64,000 nt of DNA from Deltaproteobacteria bacterium (GTDB taxonomy: Bacteria; Desulfobacterota; Dissulfuribacteria; Dissulfuribacterales; UBA3076): NCBI GenBank assembly GCA_030262715.1, contig JAJSZR010000001.1, positions 2,188-66,187 on the forward strand, in the 5' to 3' direction. Below, one piece after another: positions 1 through 9,383 of the stretch. The notes below the pieces were generated by a model, which saw only the letters and a list, made by a program, of their open reading frames with translations, did not search any database and was not told the origin of the DNA. Position 1 is the stretch's first letter. Each line of letters opens with the position of its first letter. The position numbers were made by a program, and so were the translations under genes.

Positions 1-112
1 AAGCATATAATCTTGCTCTTGTAGCTGGCAGCTATCGCGCTAAGGAAAGCTCGGCGACTCGTACCTTGGACATAGAAGATTCTATCATGTTACTGGTAAC
101 TGTGCAGCCCAG

Positions 113-265
113 ATGCAAGAACTTGATCAAAGGACTATTAAAGAATTCAGCATCTCAGGCCTGATACTGATGGAAGACGCAGGACGCGGAATCTTTGAGC
201 TTATCTGCCAGCATTTTGCAGCAAGGCTTTATCAGAGGGTCACCATCCAAGCCACTCCTTTTTAG
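113..265 (+). pseudogene. N-terminal fragment of NAD(P)H-hydrate epimerase/dehydratase (YjeF_N-like), truncated after about 50 codons
   Basis: Translation MQELDQRTIKEFSISGLILMEDAGRGIFELICQHF fits the conserved YjeF/Nnr N-terminus (LME.AG). TAG at 263-265 comes before the GNNGGDG loop. Below the 60-aa cutoff of the ORF track. Confidence 0.4.
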
Positions 266-509
266 GAGAGGTGGTTGATTGTCCGACAAGCGCAAGTTTC
301 CTATTGGGCCTGTAACAGCTCCTGCAAGCGGAAACCATAAGCCTGCCTTTAAAGATTTCGGAGTTATTTGTAGCTGTGCTCAAGAAAAGTATTTTCAGAT
401 TACGACAAAGATTCCTTTGAGGGTTTATATTACTGTGTTACTGACAAGAACTGACCTATTACTTGAACCTTGACCTGGTTCACTTTATTTTATAATTTAG
501 TTATCATAC

Positions 510-686
510 ATGATTAAAATTAATATATATGAGGCAAAAACACATCTCTCCCGATATTTGGCAATGCTATCAAATGGGCAGAGCGTCCTCTTGTGCAAGC
601 GAAATAGGCTGATAGCCGAAATTCGCCCCCTGCCTGTGAACGGTTACGGCACTGTGCTGGCGATATATGGCTATAAAAAAAAATAA
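510..686 (+). CDS. Phd/YefM-type antitoxin-like protein, short and without a partner toxin (possible remnant)
   Basis: Hand translation MIKINIYEAKTHLSRYLAMLSNGQSVLLCKRNRLIAEIRPLP matches the Phd/YefM N-terminal signature (I.EAKT.LS...G..V.I.K.....A.I.P). It is only 58 aa, the 3-prime end overlaps the mdh start, and no toxin gene follows. Confidence 0.45.
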   Translation: MIKINIYEAKTHLSRYLAMLSNGQSVLLCKRNRLIAEIRPLPVNGYGTVLAIYGYKKK

Positions 687-1617
687 ACGGAAAAAGAAAC
701 TAAGTATCGTAGGTGTAGGGGCAGTGGGGACAGCCGCTGCCCAGTGGGCTGTATGCAGGTCTATTGCAGACACCATAATACTATTAGACGTAGTAGCAGG
801 TCTTCCCCGTGGAAAGGCCCTGGATCTCTTCCAGACATCCCCGCTATACGGGTATGCAGGGAATATTATCGGTACAGACGACTATACTGATACTGCCCGA
901 TCAGATGTAATCATCATAACCGCCGGGCTCGCCCGCAAGCCAGGGATGAGCCGGGACGACCTTTTAGAGAAGAACGTCTGGATCATTCGAATGGTTACCG
1001 AAGAAATCGTCAAATATTCTCCAGACGCATGCCTGGTGGTTGTCACGAATCCTATTGATGCCATAGTCTACACGGTCTTTAAGGTATCCGGATTTCCAAA
1101 ACAGCAGGTTGTGGGCATGGCAGGTATCCTGGATTCTGCCAGGTATCGAACATTTATTGCCCAGGCACTGGCTGTAGCCCCTTCGGATGTGACAGCCCTT
1201 GTAATGGGCGTACACGGCGACCATATGCTTCCACTGGTCAGGCTTGCCAGTGTTGGTGGAGTGCCCATAGAGGTACTTTTATCTAAAAAAGAAATCAAAA
1301 ATATAGTCCGTCGTACTCAATACGGAGGCGCAGAGATAGTACAGCACCTCAAGACAGGAAGCGCTTTCTCCACCCCTGGTCTTGCTGCAGTGGAGATGGC
1401 CCAAGCCATCCTGAAAGACGAAAAAAGGGTGGTACCCTGTGCAGCCTATCTGGAGGGGGAGTTTGGGATTAGCGGCGTATTCCTGGGTGTACCGGTGGTG
1501 CTTGGGGAAAACGGAGTGGAGCGGATCCTGGAGTTTCCCCTTGCAGAGGATGAGCAGGAAGCCTTACAAAAATCTGTGGAGGCAGTGAAGAGGCAAGTTG
1601 AAGCCACATGCCTCTGA
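667..1617 (+). CDS. mdh: malate dehydrogenase (LDH-like MDH family)
   Basis: 316-aa ORF with the Rossmann motif KLSIVGVGAVG, then IITAGLARKPGMSRDDLL, VVTNPID and GVHGDHMLPL, typical of NAD-dependent MDH. Confidence 0.9.
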   Translation: MAIKKNKRKKKLSIVGVGAVGTAAAQWAVCRSIADTIILLDVVAGLPRGKALDLFQTSPLYGYAGNIIGTDDYTDTARSDVIIITAGLARKPGMSRDDLLEKNVWIIRMVTEEIVKYSPDACLVVVTNPIDAIVYTVFKVSGFPKQQVVGMAGILDSARYRTFIAQALAVAPSDVTALVMGVHGDHMLPLVRLASVGGVPIEVLLSKKEIKNIVRRTQYGGAEIVQHLKTGSAFSTPGLAAVEMAQAILKDEKRVVPCAAYLEGEFGISGVFLGVPVVLGENGVERILEFPLAEDEQEALQKSVEAVKRQVEATCL

Positions 1618-1620
1618 ATC

Positions 1621-2868
1621 ATGGTTATTAGCCGGACTATTGCCCTATGGATCTTCTTAATTGGTCTGATTGGTGCCATTGGTGGCCTGGTTGTCTTGTA
1701 TCGGCTCTTATGGCTACCCACTCCACCTGTTCCTTTAATAGAACAGGTCCCCATAGAACAGCTTCCAGCCTTTGAGGACCCTAAGGACAAAAAAGGCCTG
1801 CAAAACGCCGTTTCAGCCAGCCTGGAATATCTGGAAGGACGTAAGGACGAGGAACAAATACCCTGGGGTAATGAATCCGTAACTGTAGGCATACTGGAGA
1901 AGACGCTAAAGGCCTTTTCCAGACTCCTGGACCAAAATCTCACTCAGGAGGAGTTACAGAAGGAAATCCGTCGCCTGTTTATAGTTTATAGGGTAACTGG
2001 AGATGTAAAAGGAAAGGGATTTGCCGGACCTGTCCTTGTGACAGGATATTTCCAACCTGAACTGGAGGCTTCTCTGAAGGCGGATGAAGAGTTCTCTTAT
2101 CCCATTTATGAAACTCCCCCGAACCTCATTCGAATAACGCTGAATGATTTTGATTCCTCCCTTCCGCGCAAGACCCTTTGGGGAAGGATATTCGGGCAAA
2201 GTCTGATCCCATACTATACGCGAGCGGACATTGACAATGGCAAGAAACTCAAGGGTGCCGATGTCCTTGCGTGGCTGCGGTCTCCACTGGATGGGCTCAT
2301 GCTCCATATACAGGGTTCAGGGATACTCCGGTTTCAGGATGGAAGCAAGAGATATATCCATTACGCTTCTAGTAACGGTCATCCCTATCATAGTATTGGC
2401 CAATGGCTTATAGACAAGGGACTGCTACGTAAGGATCAAGCAGACTGGCCGGGCATCCGTGCTTGGGCACAGGAAAATCCGGAGGAATTCAGAAAGGCAT
2501 TTGCTGCCAATCCCAGATACATTTTCTTTAGATGGGAAAAAGAAGGGCCAATAGGAACGCTAGGGGAAGTGCTGACACCCATGAGATCTGTGGCCCTTGA
2601 TCACAAGATCTATCCGCCTGGTATCCCATGCTTTTTGCAAGTGCCAATGCCTGTGAGCCGGTCGATCCACGGAGGTGCTGAGATATTTCAGGGCTTTGTG
2701 TGCAATCAGGATACGGGCAGTGCCATCAAGGGACCATATAGACTGGACCTCTATTGCGGAGAGGGCGATGAGGCCGGATACCTTGCAGGAAGGCTGAAGG
2801 CACCAGGATCACTCTATCTATTATTGCTCAGGGATTCTGTTCGTGGGACCTGGTTCGGTCAATTCTGA
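1621..2868 (+). CDS. mltA: membrane-bound lytic murein transglycosylase A
   Basis: 415-aa ORF with an N-terminal TM/signal segment and MltA-like blocks (YYTRADI, LHIQGSG, NPRYIFFR, ALDHKIYPPG, QDTGSAIKGP..DLYCG, the 3D domain). Confidence 0.8.
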   Translation: MVISRTIALWIFLIGLIGAIGGLVVLYRLLWLPTPPVPLIEQVPIEQLPAFEDPKDKKGLQNAVSASLEYLEGRKDEEQIPWGNESVTVGILEKTLKAFSRLLDQNLTQEELQKEIRRLFIVYRVTGDVKGKGFAGPVLVTGYFQPELEASLKADEEFSYPIYETPPNLIRITLNDFDSSLPRKTLWGRIFGQSLIPYYTRADIDNGKKLKGADVLAWLRSPLDGLMLHIQGSGILRFQDGSKRYIHYASSNGHPYHSIGQWLIDKGLLRKDQADWPGIRAWAQENPEEFRKAFAANPRYIFFRWEKEGPIGTLGEVLTPMRSVALDHKIYPPGIPCFLQVPMPVSRSIHGGAEIFQGFVCNQDTGSAIKGPYRLDLYCGEGDEAGYLAGRLKAPGSLYLLLLRDSVRGTWFGQF

Positions 2869-2904
2869 AATCACCTTGCTTTTCCATAACTAACTCATTA
2901 AGCT

Positions 2905-3069
2905 CACAAAATCGCAACTTCTCAATAACTCAGGGTAAGATATCTGGATTCCGGCTTTCGCCGGAATGACGTTTGGATGTAACTGCCTGTCATTCCGGCG
3001 AAAGCCGGAATCTAGTGGATAGTCGCAAAATATGATTTGCCCGGACTTATTGAGAAGTTACACAAAATC
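2905..3069. mobile_element. MITE-like nested palindromic element (144 bp) with 13-bp perfect TIRs and a flanking 9-bp direct repeat
   Basis: TIR aacttctcaataa (2916-2928) is the exact reverse complement of ttattgagaagtt (3047-3059). CACAAAATC occurs at 2905-2913 and 3061-3069 as a direct repeat just outside the TIRs. The inner 27-bp inverted repeat ctggattccggctttcgccggaatgac (2944-2970) matches 2989-3015 at 26/27. Confidence 0.6.
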
Positions 3070-3082
3070 ATAATAAGCTCTT

Positions 3083-3760
3083 ATGGCCGTTTGCAAAATC
3101 TCATTTCTTGTCCGATGGTTTGTGTTGCATTGTAAGAAATTGCTAATTTACCGAGTAACCTCGTCAAAATCCACTTTACTTATAACCTTTCTCATTCTAT
3201 TTATTTTTATTCTGGCACCCTGTTCTTTATTCCCAAGAATTAAAACCACTGTATCATTAGCAGAGGATCGGCCTGATCCAAAAATCTATGAATTTACAGT
3301 ATCAAATTCCCGGGATAAGCTCCTGGCCTATTTTTCCCTTAAAAACGGGTGTCCACCGTATGTACAAATTGCGTTAGAAAGCGGGATCATAGTACGTTAT
3401 ATCTATGAAGTAGAGCTGCAAACACCCCGTTTTCTGATGAAAAAAAGGCTCTCTCGGCTTTTCATATCGAGAACGCTCACCTATGACAATCTCAAAGGGG
3501 AATACAGGGTTTCATTTGGTCCGGATGCCCCCAGAATAGTCAGTGTGAGGACCCTGGAAGAAGCAAAACTGCTTATTTTTGAAATTAACGACGTCTCGAT
3601 AATTTCTTTGTCCGAGCTACCTCGGGAAAAGACCTATACATTGCGAGTACGGGCAGAGATGGAAAAAGCAGCATCGGCCTTACCTTTTAAGAGACTTTTA
3701 AACTTGTTTTCCTCGTGGGGTTACCAGACTAAATGGTATGAAATCCGCTTTAACTACTAG
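3083..3760 (+). CDS. DUF4390-like periplasmic/membrane-anchored protein (start uncertain)
   Basis: 225-aa ORF with a hydrophobic N-terminus. It lies directly upstream of, and overlaps by 23 nt, an NtrY-type kinase, which is the usual DUF4390 context. The family call is from memory of that family, not a search. Confidence 0.55.
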   Translation: MAVCKISFLVRWFVLHCKKLLIYRVTSSKSTLLITFLILFIFILAPCSLFPRIKTTVSLAEDRPDPKIYEFTVSNSRDKLLAYFSLKNGCPPYVQIALESGIIVRYIYEVELQTPRFLMKKRLSRLFISRTLTYDNLKGEYRVSFGPDAPRIVSVRTLEEAKLLIFEINDVSIISLSELPREKTYTLRVRAEMEKAASALPFKRLLNLFSSWGYQTKWYEIRFNY

Positions 3761-5990
3761 CGAAGCTAGAAAACGAAGACTCGAACGAATCATCATGATA
3801 GCAGCAGCAATTCTTGTTGCTCTGCTATCCTTGGCCGAGTACCATCTGATCTCCGGTTCCAGCCCGTTATCGACGGGCAGCAATGTGCTCATCTTTGCAG
3901 TAATTAACCTTAATATTCTCCTTATCCTGCTTCTAGGTTTTCTCGTAGTACGTAATCTGGTCAAACTGGTATTCGAAGACAGAAAAAATATACTGGGAGC
4001 TAAGCTCAGAACCAAACTCGTAATAGCCTTTGTATCTTTATCTCTTATTCCTACAATATTGCTCTTTTTGGTCTCCTTCCAGTTTCTCAGGACCAGCATC
4101 GGGTACTGGTTTAACATAAAGGTGGAAAGGTCCCTTGATAATGCTCTGACAATAGGAAGAACATATTACGAAGGCCAGGTTACTGAGTTGCAGCACCTGT
4201 CTCAAGAGATGGGGAGGCTCTTGAGCCTGAAATGTATCGAAGAGGACGATTCAATAAACATGGTATGCATAGAACAGTTGGTGAATCCGACGCCACTATT
4301 ACCTGGTGCTCAAGGTTCCAGCAGCGCAACCCCCTTTAATTCCGTAGAGGTGATAAATCCATCCCATAAAGAGCTTTTTGTTAAAATATGGCTACCGCTT
4401 GTGGATATCCCCCCAAGCATTCCTCCCTCTGTGCTGGACCAGGTTTTTGAAAGCAAGGACTCATTGGTGCACAGTATTACCATGGAAAGCGGTGAATTCA
4501 TCCGGATATTGAGACCTCTGAGAAATGCAGATGGCAATATTCAGGCTGTATTGGCTTTGGGCTACTTGATGCCCCAGGATATGAGTTACCTGCTTGATGA
4601 TATTCGCTCGGGTTATGAGGACTATCGCCAGTTACGACTGTTCCAAAACCCAATTAAGGGCTCTCTGCTTATCACCCTTTTCCTGATTACATTCCTGATT
4701 ATTTTTGTTTCCATATGGTTTGGATTACGGCTTGCCAAGAGCATCACAGAACCTGTTCGGATGCTTGCTGGGGCCACCCACCGTATAGCACTGGGAGACC
4801 TGGATTTCAGCCTTGAAGCTGAAGGTAGGGATGAACTCAGTTCTCTGGTGCAGGCATTTAATGTCATGACCCAAGACCTTAAGGAAGCCAGACGCAGGAC
4901 TGAAGAGACCTCAAGACAGCTGCGAAAGAGCTATGGCGAACTGGAACAACGCCGACGCTATATTGAGATTATCCTGCAGAACGTAACAGCAGGAGTAATA
5001 TCCATAGACAGACAGGGTATAGTCACCCTCATGAACAAATCAGCTGAGAGCATTCTGGATATGTCCTCGGATCAGGTCATCGGTAAGCCGTATCTTCAAC
5101 TCCTGACAGAGGATCAGGCCAAAGAATTTGATGAAATCAGGCAGGAACTCAGCCTTTCTTCAAAAGGTATGCTTCAACGATCAATTCGCATGGAAATGAA
5201 AGAAAAGACCCTCTCTCTCCTGGCAAGCTTTACCATATTGAGAGACCAGGATGAAAGATCTCTCGGAGTAGTTATAGTCTTTGATGACCTGACAGAGCTT
5301 GAGAAGATTCAGCGTCTCGCTGCTTGGCGCGAAGTAGCCAGGCGCATTGCACATGAAGTCAAGAATCCCTTGACCCCTATACAGCTTTCAGCACAGAGGC
5401 TGCGTAAAAAATATCTTGATAATGACAAGTTGGATAACGAAGCCAGGGTTGTTTTTGACAAATGTACAAATACCATCATAAGCCAAGCAAAAGAATTAAA
5501 ACACCTTGTGGATGAATTTTCCAACTTTGCCAGGATGCCTGCCCCCAGACTTTACCCCACGAGGCTGGACGATTTGGCAGATGACGTACTTGCAATCTAC
5601 AGGGATGGACATCCAAAAATTGAATTTAAATTGGACATACAGGAAGGATCACCAGAGGCCTTGTTGGACCCTGACCAGATAAAAAGGGTCCTTATCAACC
5701 TTCTGGACAACTCAGTGGCCTCTATGCCTGATGGTGGTGAAACAAACGTACAAATAACATATAACAGTGCCAGGAATGAAATATGTCTCAGTGTGTCCGA
5801 TACCGGACCAGGTATTTCTCCTGAGGACCTTCCAAGGCTCTTTGAACCCTATTTTTCTAAAAGAAAAGGGGGTACAGGCCTTGGACTTGCTATTGTAAAC
5901 TCTATTGTGGCGGACCATAATGGACGCATATTGGTGGAAGATAATATTCCTAATGGGGCTAGATTTGTATTGATTTTCCCTATTAATTAG
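3738..5990 (+). CDS. ntrY: NtrY-type sensor histidine kinase (TM-HAMP-PAS-HisKA-HATPase)
   Basis: 750 aa with multiple N-terminal TM helices and a HAMP region (LRLAKSITEPVRMLAGATHRIALGDLDF). H-box AHEVKNPLTPIQLSAQ, N-box LINLLDNSV, G-boxes DTGPGI and GGTGLGLAIV. Confidence 0.85.
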   Translation: MKSALTTSEARKRRLERIIMIAAAILVALLSLAEYHLISGSSPLSTGSNVLIFAVINLNILLILLLGFLVVRNLVKLVFEDRKNILGAKLRTKLVIAFVSLSLIPTILLFLVSFQFLRTSIGYWFNIKVERSLDNALTIGRTYYEGQVTELQHLSQEMGRLLSLKCIEEDDSINMVCIEQLVNPTPLLPGAQGSSSATPFNSVEVINPSHKELFVKIWLPLVDIPPSIPPSVLDQVFESKDSLVHSITMESGEFIRILRPLRNADGNIQAVLALGYLMPQDMSYLLDDIRSGYEDYRQLRLFQNPIKGSLLITLFLITFLIIFVSIWFGLRLAKSITEPVRMLAGATHRIALGDLDFSLEAEGRDELSSLVQAFNVMTQDLKEARRRTEETSRQLRKSYGELEQRRRYIEIILQNVTAGVISIDRQGIVTLMNKSAESILDMSSDQVIGKPYLQLLTEDQAKEFDEIRQELSLSSKGMLQRSIRMEMKEKTLSLLASFTILRDQDERSLGVVIVFDDLTELEKIQRLAAWREVARRIAHEVKNPLTPIQLSAQRLRKKYLDNDKLDNEARVVFDKCTNTIISQAKELKHLVDEFSNFARMPAPRLYPTRLDDLADDVLAIYRDGHPKIEFKLDIQEGSPEALLDPDQIKRVLINLLDNSVASMPDGGETNVQITYNSARNEICLSVSDTGPGISPEDLPRLFEPYFSKRKGGTGLGLAIVNSIVADHNGRILVEDNIPNGARFVLIFPIN

Positions 5991-6015
5991 AAACAACTGA
6001 GGCGCTTGCAGTAAT

Positions 6016-6175
6016 GCAGTGAAATTTGAAATTAGAAACTTGAAATTAGGACTGATTAATCGAGTTTTTATCCAGTTTCCAGTTTCCAGTTTCCAGTTTC
6101 GGCATCCAGCATTCGATTCGATAATACACTCTTTTTGGGAATAAGTGTAAACCGGCGAATGAAGGATGCCAATTT
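6016..6175 (+). repeat. heptamer-periodic hairpin element, copy 1 (inverted copy at 34351-34498)
   Basis: Arms gaaatttgaaattagaaacttgaaattagg (6021-6050) and (ccagttt)x4 (6072-6100) are roughly complementary. The reverse complement of 6100-6175 aligns to 34351-34425 at roughly 80% by eye. Confidence 0.75.
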
Positions 6176-7569
6176 TTGCCATGGTAAAGAAAAAAATACT
6201 TATAGTAGATGACGAAAAATCAATCCTACAATCCGTGACGGACATCCTGGAAGACGAGGGATTTGACGTACAGACCTCACTGGACGGCGAAACGTCCCTT
6301 AAGATCATGGGAGAGGACCTTCCGGATCTCGTCCTGCTGGACATCTGGATGCCAGGCATGGACGGCCTGGAAGTATTGAAACGAATAAAGGCCGACTGGC
6401 CGTTTATCCCGACAGTAATCATGTCCGGCCACGGAACTATTGAAACGGCTGTAAAGGCCACCAGGCTGGGAGCCTATGACTTTATTGAAAAGCCTCTTTC
6501 CTATGAACATTTGCTTCTTACGATCCAGAATGCCCTCAAATATCACGACCTTCGGGAAGAAAACGTCCTTTTAAGGCAAAAAACCGGGGAAAGGCGGGAA
6601 CTCATTGGTGAGAGTTCTGCCATGAGAAGGCTTAAAGAACAAATCGCTATTGTTGCCCCTACTGATGCATGGATACTGATCCAGGGGGAAAACGGAACCG
6701 GCAAGGAACTCGTGGCCCAAACTATTCATCATATGAGCAAGCGGAGTCGGAAGCCACTCATAGAAGTCAACTGCGCCGCAATACCTGAAGAACTCATTGA
6801 GAGTGAACTGTTTGGACATGAAAAGGGGGCCTTCACTGGTGCAACCACAATGAAAAGGGGGAAATTTGACCTTGCAAACGAAGGGACCCTGTTCCTTGAT
6901 GAAATCACGGATATGAGCCTTAAGACCCAGGCAAAGATCCTGCGAATACTCCAGGAGCAGAGATTCGAGCGAGTCGGTGGGAACAAGACCATAACGATAG
7001 ACGTGCGCATCATGGCAGCCACAAACAAAGACCTTGAAAAAGAGATAAACAAAGGGGCTTTCCGAGAAGACCTTTACTACAGGCTAAACGTGATACCTAT
7101 AGAGGTATCACCCCTCAGGGAGCGAAAAGATGACATCTTTCTTCTTACAGAAGGCTTTCTGAGCGAATTTACCGGAAATACCGCTCATGGCCCCAAAAAA
7201 AGGGCGAGCCAGGAAGTAATTGAGGCATTTATGGCATACGACTGGCCAGGGAATGTGAGAGAGTTGCGCAATATGATAGAAAGGCTTGTGATTCTGACCA
7301 AAGGGCCGGAGATTACAATAGATGATCTGCCCCCTTCTCTTTGTCAGGGCCTCGGGGCCGCCACTGAGGCAGAGATTAACGTCTCGATTCCCGAGCCTTC
7401 CTGGCTGAGTTGCCAGGACTTCAGGGAGGCAAAGGCCTTTTTTGAACGGGAATATCTTAAAAAACAACTTGTCGAACACCAGGGTAATGTCAAAAAAACC
7501 GCCCAGGCTATTGGCATTGAAAGGAGGCATCTGCACAGGAAAATTAAGGCGTTGGGGTTGGAAACATGA
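6166..7569 (+). CDS. ntrX: sigma-54-dependent response regulator (receiver-AAA+-HTH), NtrX/NtrC family
   Basis: Receiver motifs KILIVDDE and DLVLLDIWMPGMDG. Walker A GENGTGKE, the GAFTGA loop (EKGAFTGA) and a C-terminal Fis-type HTH. The likely true start is ATG 6181 (MVKKKILIVDD). Confidence 0.9.
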   Translation: MPIFAMVKKKILIVDDEKSILQSVTDILEDEGFDVQTSLDGETSLKIMGEDLPDLVLLDIWMPGMDGLEVLKRIKADWPFIPTVIMSGHGTIETAVKATRLGAYDFIEKPLSYEHLLLTIQNALKYHDLREENVLLRQKTGERRELIGESSAMRRLKEQIAIVAPTDAWILIQGENGTGKELVAQTIHHMSKRSRKPLIEVNCAAIPEELIESELFGHEKGAFTGATTMKRGKFDLANEGTLFLDEITDMSLKTQAKILRILQEQRFERVGGNKTITIDVRIMAATNKDLEKEINKGAFREDLYYRLNVIPIEVSPLRERKDDIFLLTEGFLSEFTGNTAHGPKKRASQEVIEAFMAYDWPGNVRELRNMIERLVILTKGPEITIDDLPPSLCQGLGAATEAEINVSIPEPSWLSCQDFREAKAFFEREYLKKQLVEHQGNVKKTAQAIGIERRHLHRKIKALGLET

Positions 7570-8187
7570 CTACAGGGCCGCTTTTTTCCAACCTTTTTCT
7601 TCCCCCCTCATTAGTCGCTTGATGTTATCTTTGTGCCTTACCCAGATGATACAGGCAGTCCCCCAAGCCATGAGTTCAAGTTCAGGTGCCGGGCAGAAAA
7701 AGTGTATCAAAATGGGTGTAAATACAGATGCTGTAAGAGATCCCACCGACACATAGCCCCACTTCTTTAGCGCTATTACAAAGGTGATCACGGCAATGCA
7801 GATAGCACAGGGACACACTCCGAGGAACACCCCTGCCGCAGTGGCAACGCCTTTCCCCCCTCGAAATCCGAGAAATATTGAATAGCAATGGCCCAGGACA
7901 GCGCTGAGGCCTGTACACGCAATCCAGAAATCAAGATTAGCCGCTCCGGCCATTGCCCACATGCAGCCAAGGATCGGTAAAAGGCCTTTAGCAAGGTCTG
8001 CTGTCAGTGTGAGAATCCCCCACCACCAGCCCTTACCCATCACCCTGGCTACGTTGGTAGCCCCTATGTTCCCGCTGCCATGTTTCCGAAGGTCTATGCC
8101 TTTGCAACGGGCCAAGAGCAGACCAAAGGGTATTGACCCTAGAAAATATGCCCCAATTGGCCAGATTATTTGGGATAAAGGAATCAT
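7570..8187 (-). CDS. plsY: glycerol-3-phosphate acyltransferase PlsY
   Basis: 205-aa polytopic protein with the PlsY hallmarks GSIPFG, HGSGNIGATN and FRGGKGVAT. Confidence 0.9.
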   Translation of the reverse strand: MIPLSQIIWPIGAYFLGSIPFGLLLARCKGIDLRKHGSGNIGATNVARVMGKGWWWGILTLTADLAKGLLPILGCMWAMAGAANLDFWIACTGLSAVLGHCYSIFLGFRGGKGVATAAGVFLGVCPCAICIAVITFVIALKKWGYVSVGSLTASVFTPILIHFFCPAPELELMAWGTACIIWVRHKDNIKRLMRGEEKGWKKAAL

Positions 8188-9140
8188 TTCTCAGGGCAGG
8201 CTAAAAGGCGTCCTTTTCTTAAGGCCTTTTTCAGTTCTGCAAGCAGTCTTTCGTAAGGATTTTTCATTCCCTTTGCAGTGCCGAAAGATCCAGTCTGTTT
8301 ATCTCCAAATCCCAACTTGCCGTCTGCATTGCGATCAAAAACTACATAGCTGGGAGGTCTTGAGGTTCCCTTTCCAAAGAGTGAGATCTCAATGGACCTG
8401 CTGTAGTCTGTCCCTTCTCTTAATCTCAAAAGGGCCTGACCAAAAACTGTAAACAACCCGAGTTCAGAAATGTATTTTTTCCTTTTTCGTCCTGGCTCTG
8501 AAGTCTTGTCTATGACCAGAGGAGTTCCAAAGGGACGCATCATGTCAAAAAATTGGTGCCTACTGTTTAAAATAATTACCATGTCGCCCACATCACAGAA
8601 AGAGTAAATGACATCCATGGCCTGATTATCCATAGCTATGCAGCCTTCGGTCCAGTCCCTCATCATGTATTTTCCGTTGTTACGGTATACTCCTCCACCA
8701 TGTATACCAATGCTACTGCCGAGGGATGTGCAGGCAGGTGGAGAACCACCCGCTGATATGGCATTTGCAATTGATCTATACTCCCTTGAGGAAACAAGCC
8801 TTGTTCTTAAGCCCAACCATGCATCTACATTATTGGGGTATGAAAGTCCCAAGAACTTATAGAATCTGCTTTCACTCTTTTTGTAGGTAACATAATAACT
8901 GCCCTCAGGAGTTGATTTATCTCCCTTGCGGCGCTTGGGCGATACTGAATCTATGCCGAGAGATACAGCATAACTCTCTATGACCTTGCCATCCTTATAG
9001 AGAAACAAGCGGTGGATTCCCTTATCGATCACCACACATTTTGAGGGCACTTCTTTACCATAGGCACACCCAAGCAGGAGGCACAGACCTGCCAAAAACG
9101 AAGCCAATACAGTAAGAAGCTTCAACAAGCCGTCGCTCAT
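8184..9140 (-). CDS. L,D-transpeptidase (YkuD domain) lipoprotein
   Basis: Lipobox LLLGC near the N-terminus. YkuD catalytic block IGIHGGG....TEGCIAM. Its 3-prime end overlaps plsY by 4 nt. Confidence 0.8.
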   Translation of the reverse strand: MSDGLLKLLTVLASFLAGLCLLLGCAYGKEVPSKCVVIDKGIHRLFLYKDGKVIESYAVSLGIDSVSPKRRKGDKSTPEGSYYVTYKKSESRFYKFLGLSYPNNVDAWLGLRTRLVSSREYRSIANAISAGGSPPACTSLGSSIGIHGGGVYRNNGKYMMRDWTEGCIAMDNQAMDVIYSFCDVGDMVIILNSRHQFFDMMRPFGTPLVIDKTSEPGRKRKKYISELGLFTVFGQALLRLREGTDYSRSIEISLFGKGTSRPPSYVVFDRNADGKLGFGDKQTGSFGTAKGMKNPYERLLAELKKALRKGRLLACPEK

Positions 9141-9383
9141 AATCTTTATCTGGTAGCTTTCATTATGGAGGTTTATACTTGCCTATTGGCAAGTTATTCT
9201 GTTATATTTTTAATATATCTTTTCTGTCTGGAAAGGTCACGCTGCCTGTCAGAGACTGATCCATTAAGACATCTGAATTTGCATAAAAAATGTTATTGAG
9301 CCACTTGCAAAGCAAAAATTTCCCTCAGTATCGTGTAATATGGATCATAACACAACTTTAAGATCATTTTATAAGGAGAAGCC

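Noticed and set aside
279-473. 64-aa ORF after the YjeF fragment
   Set aside because: TTG start, no RBS and no recognisable motif. It lies in a decayed region, so it is not reported as a gene.
6016-6175. Possible CRISPR array (also 34351-34498, 39666-39692, 61531-61565)
   Set aside because: The repeat unit is only 7 nt, with no unique spacers. The arms are complementary, forming a hairpin, and there are no cas genes in the window.
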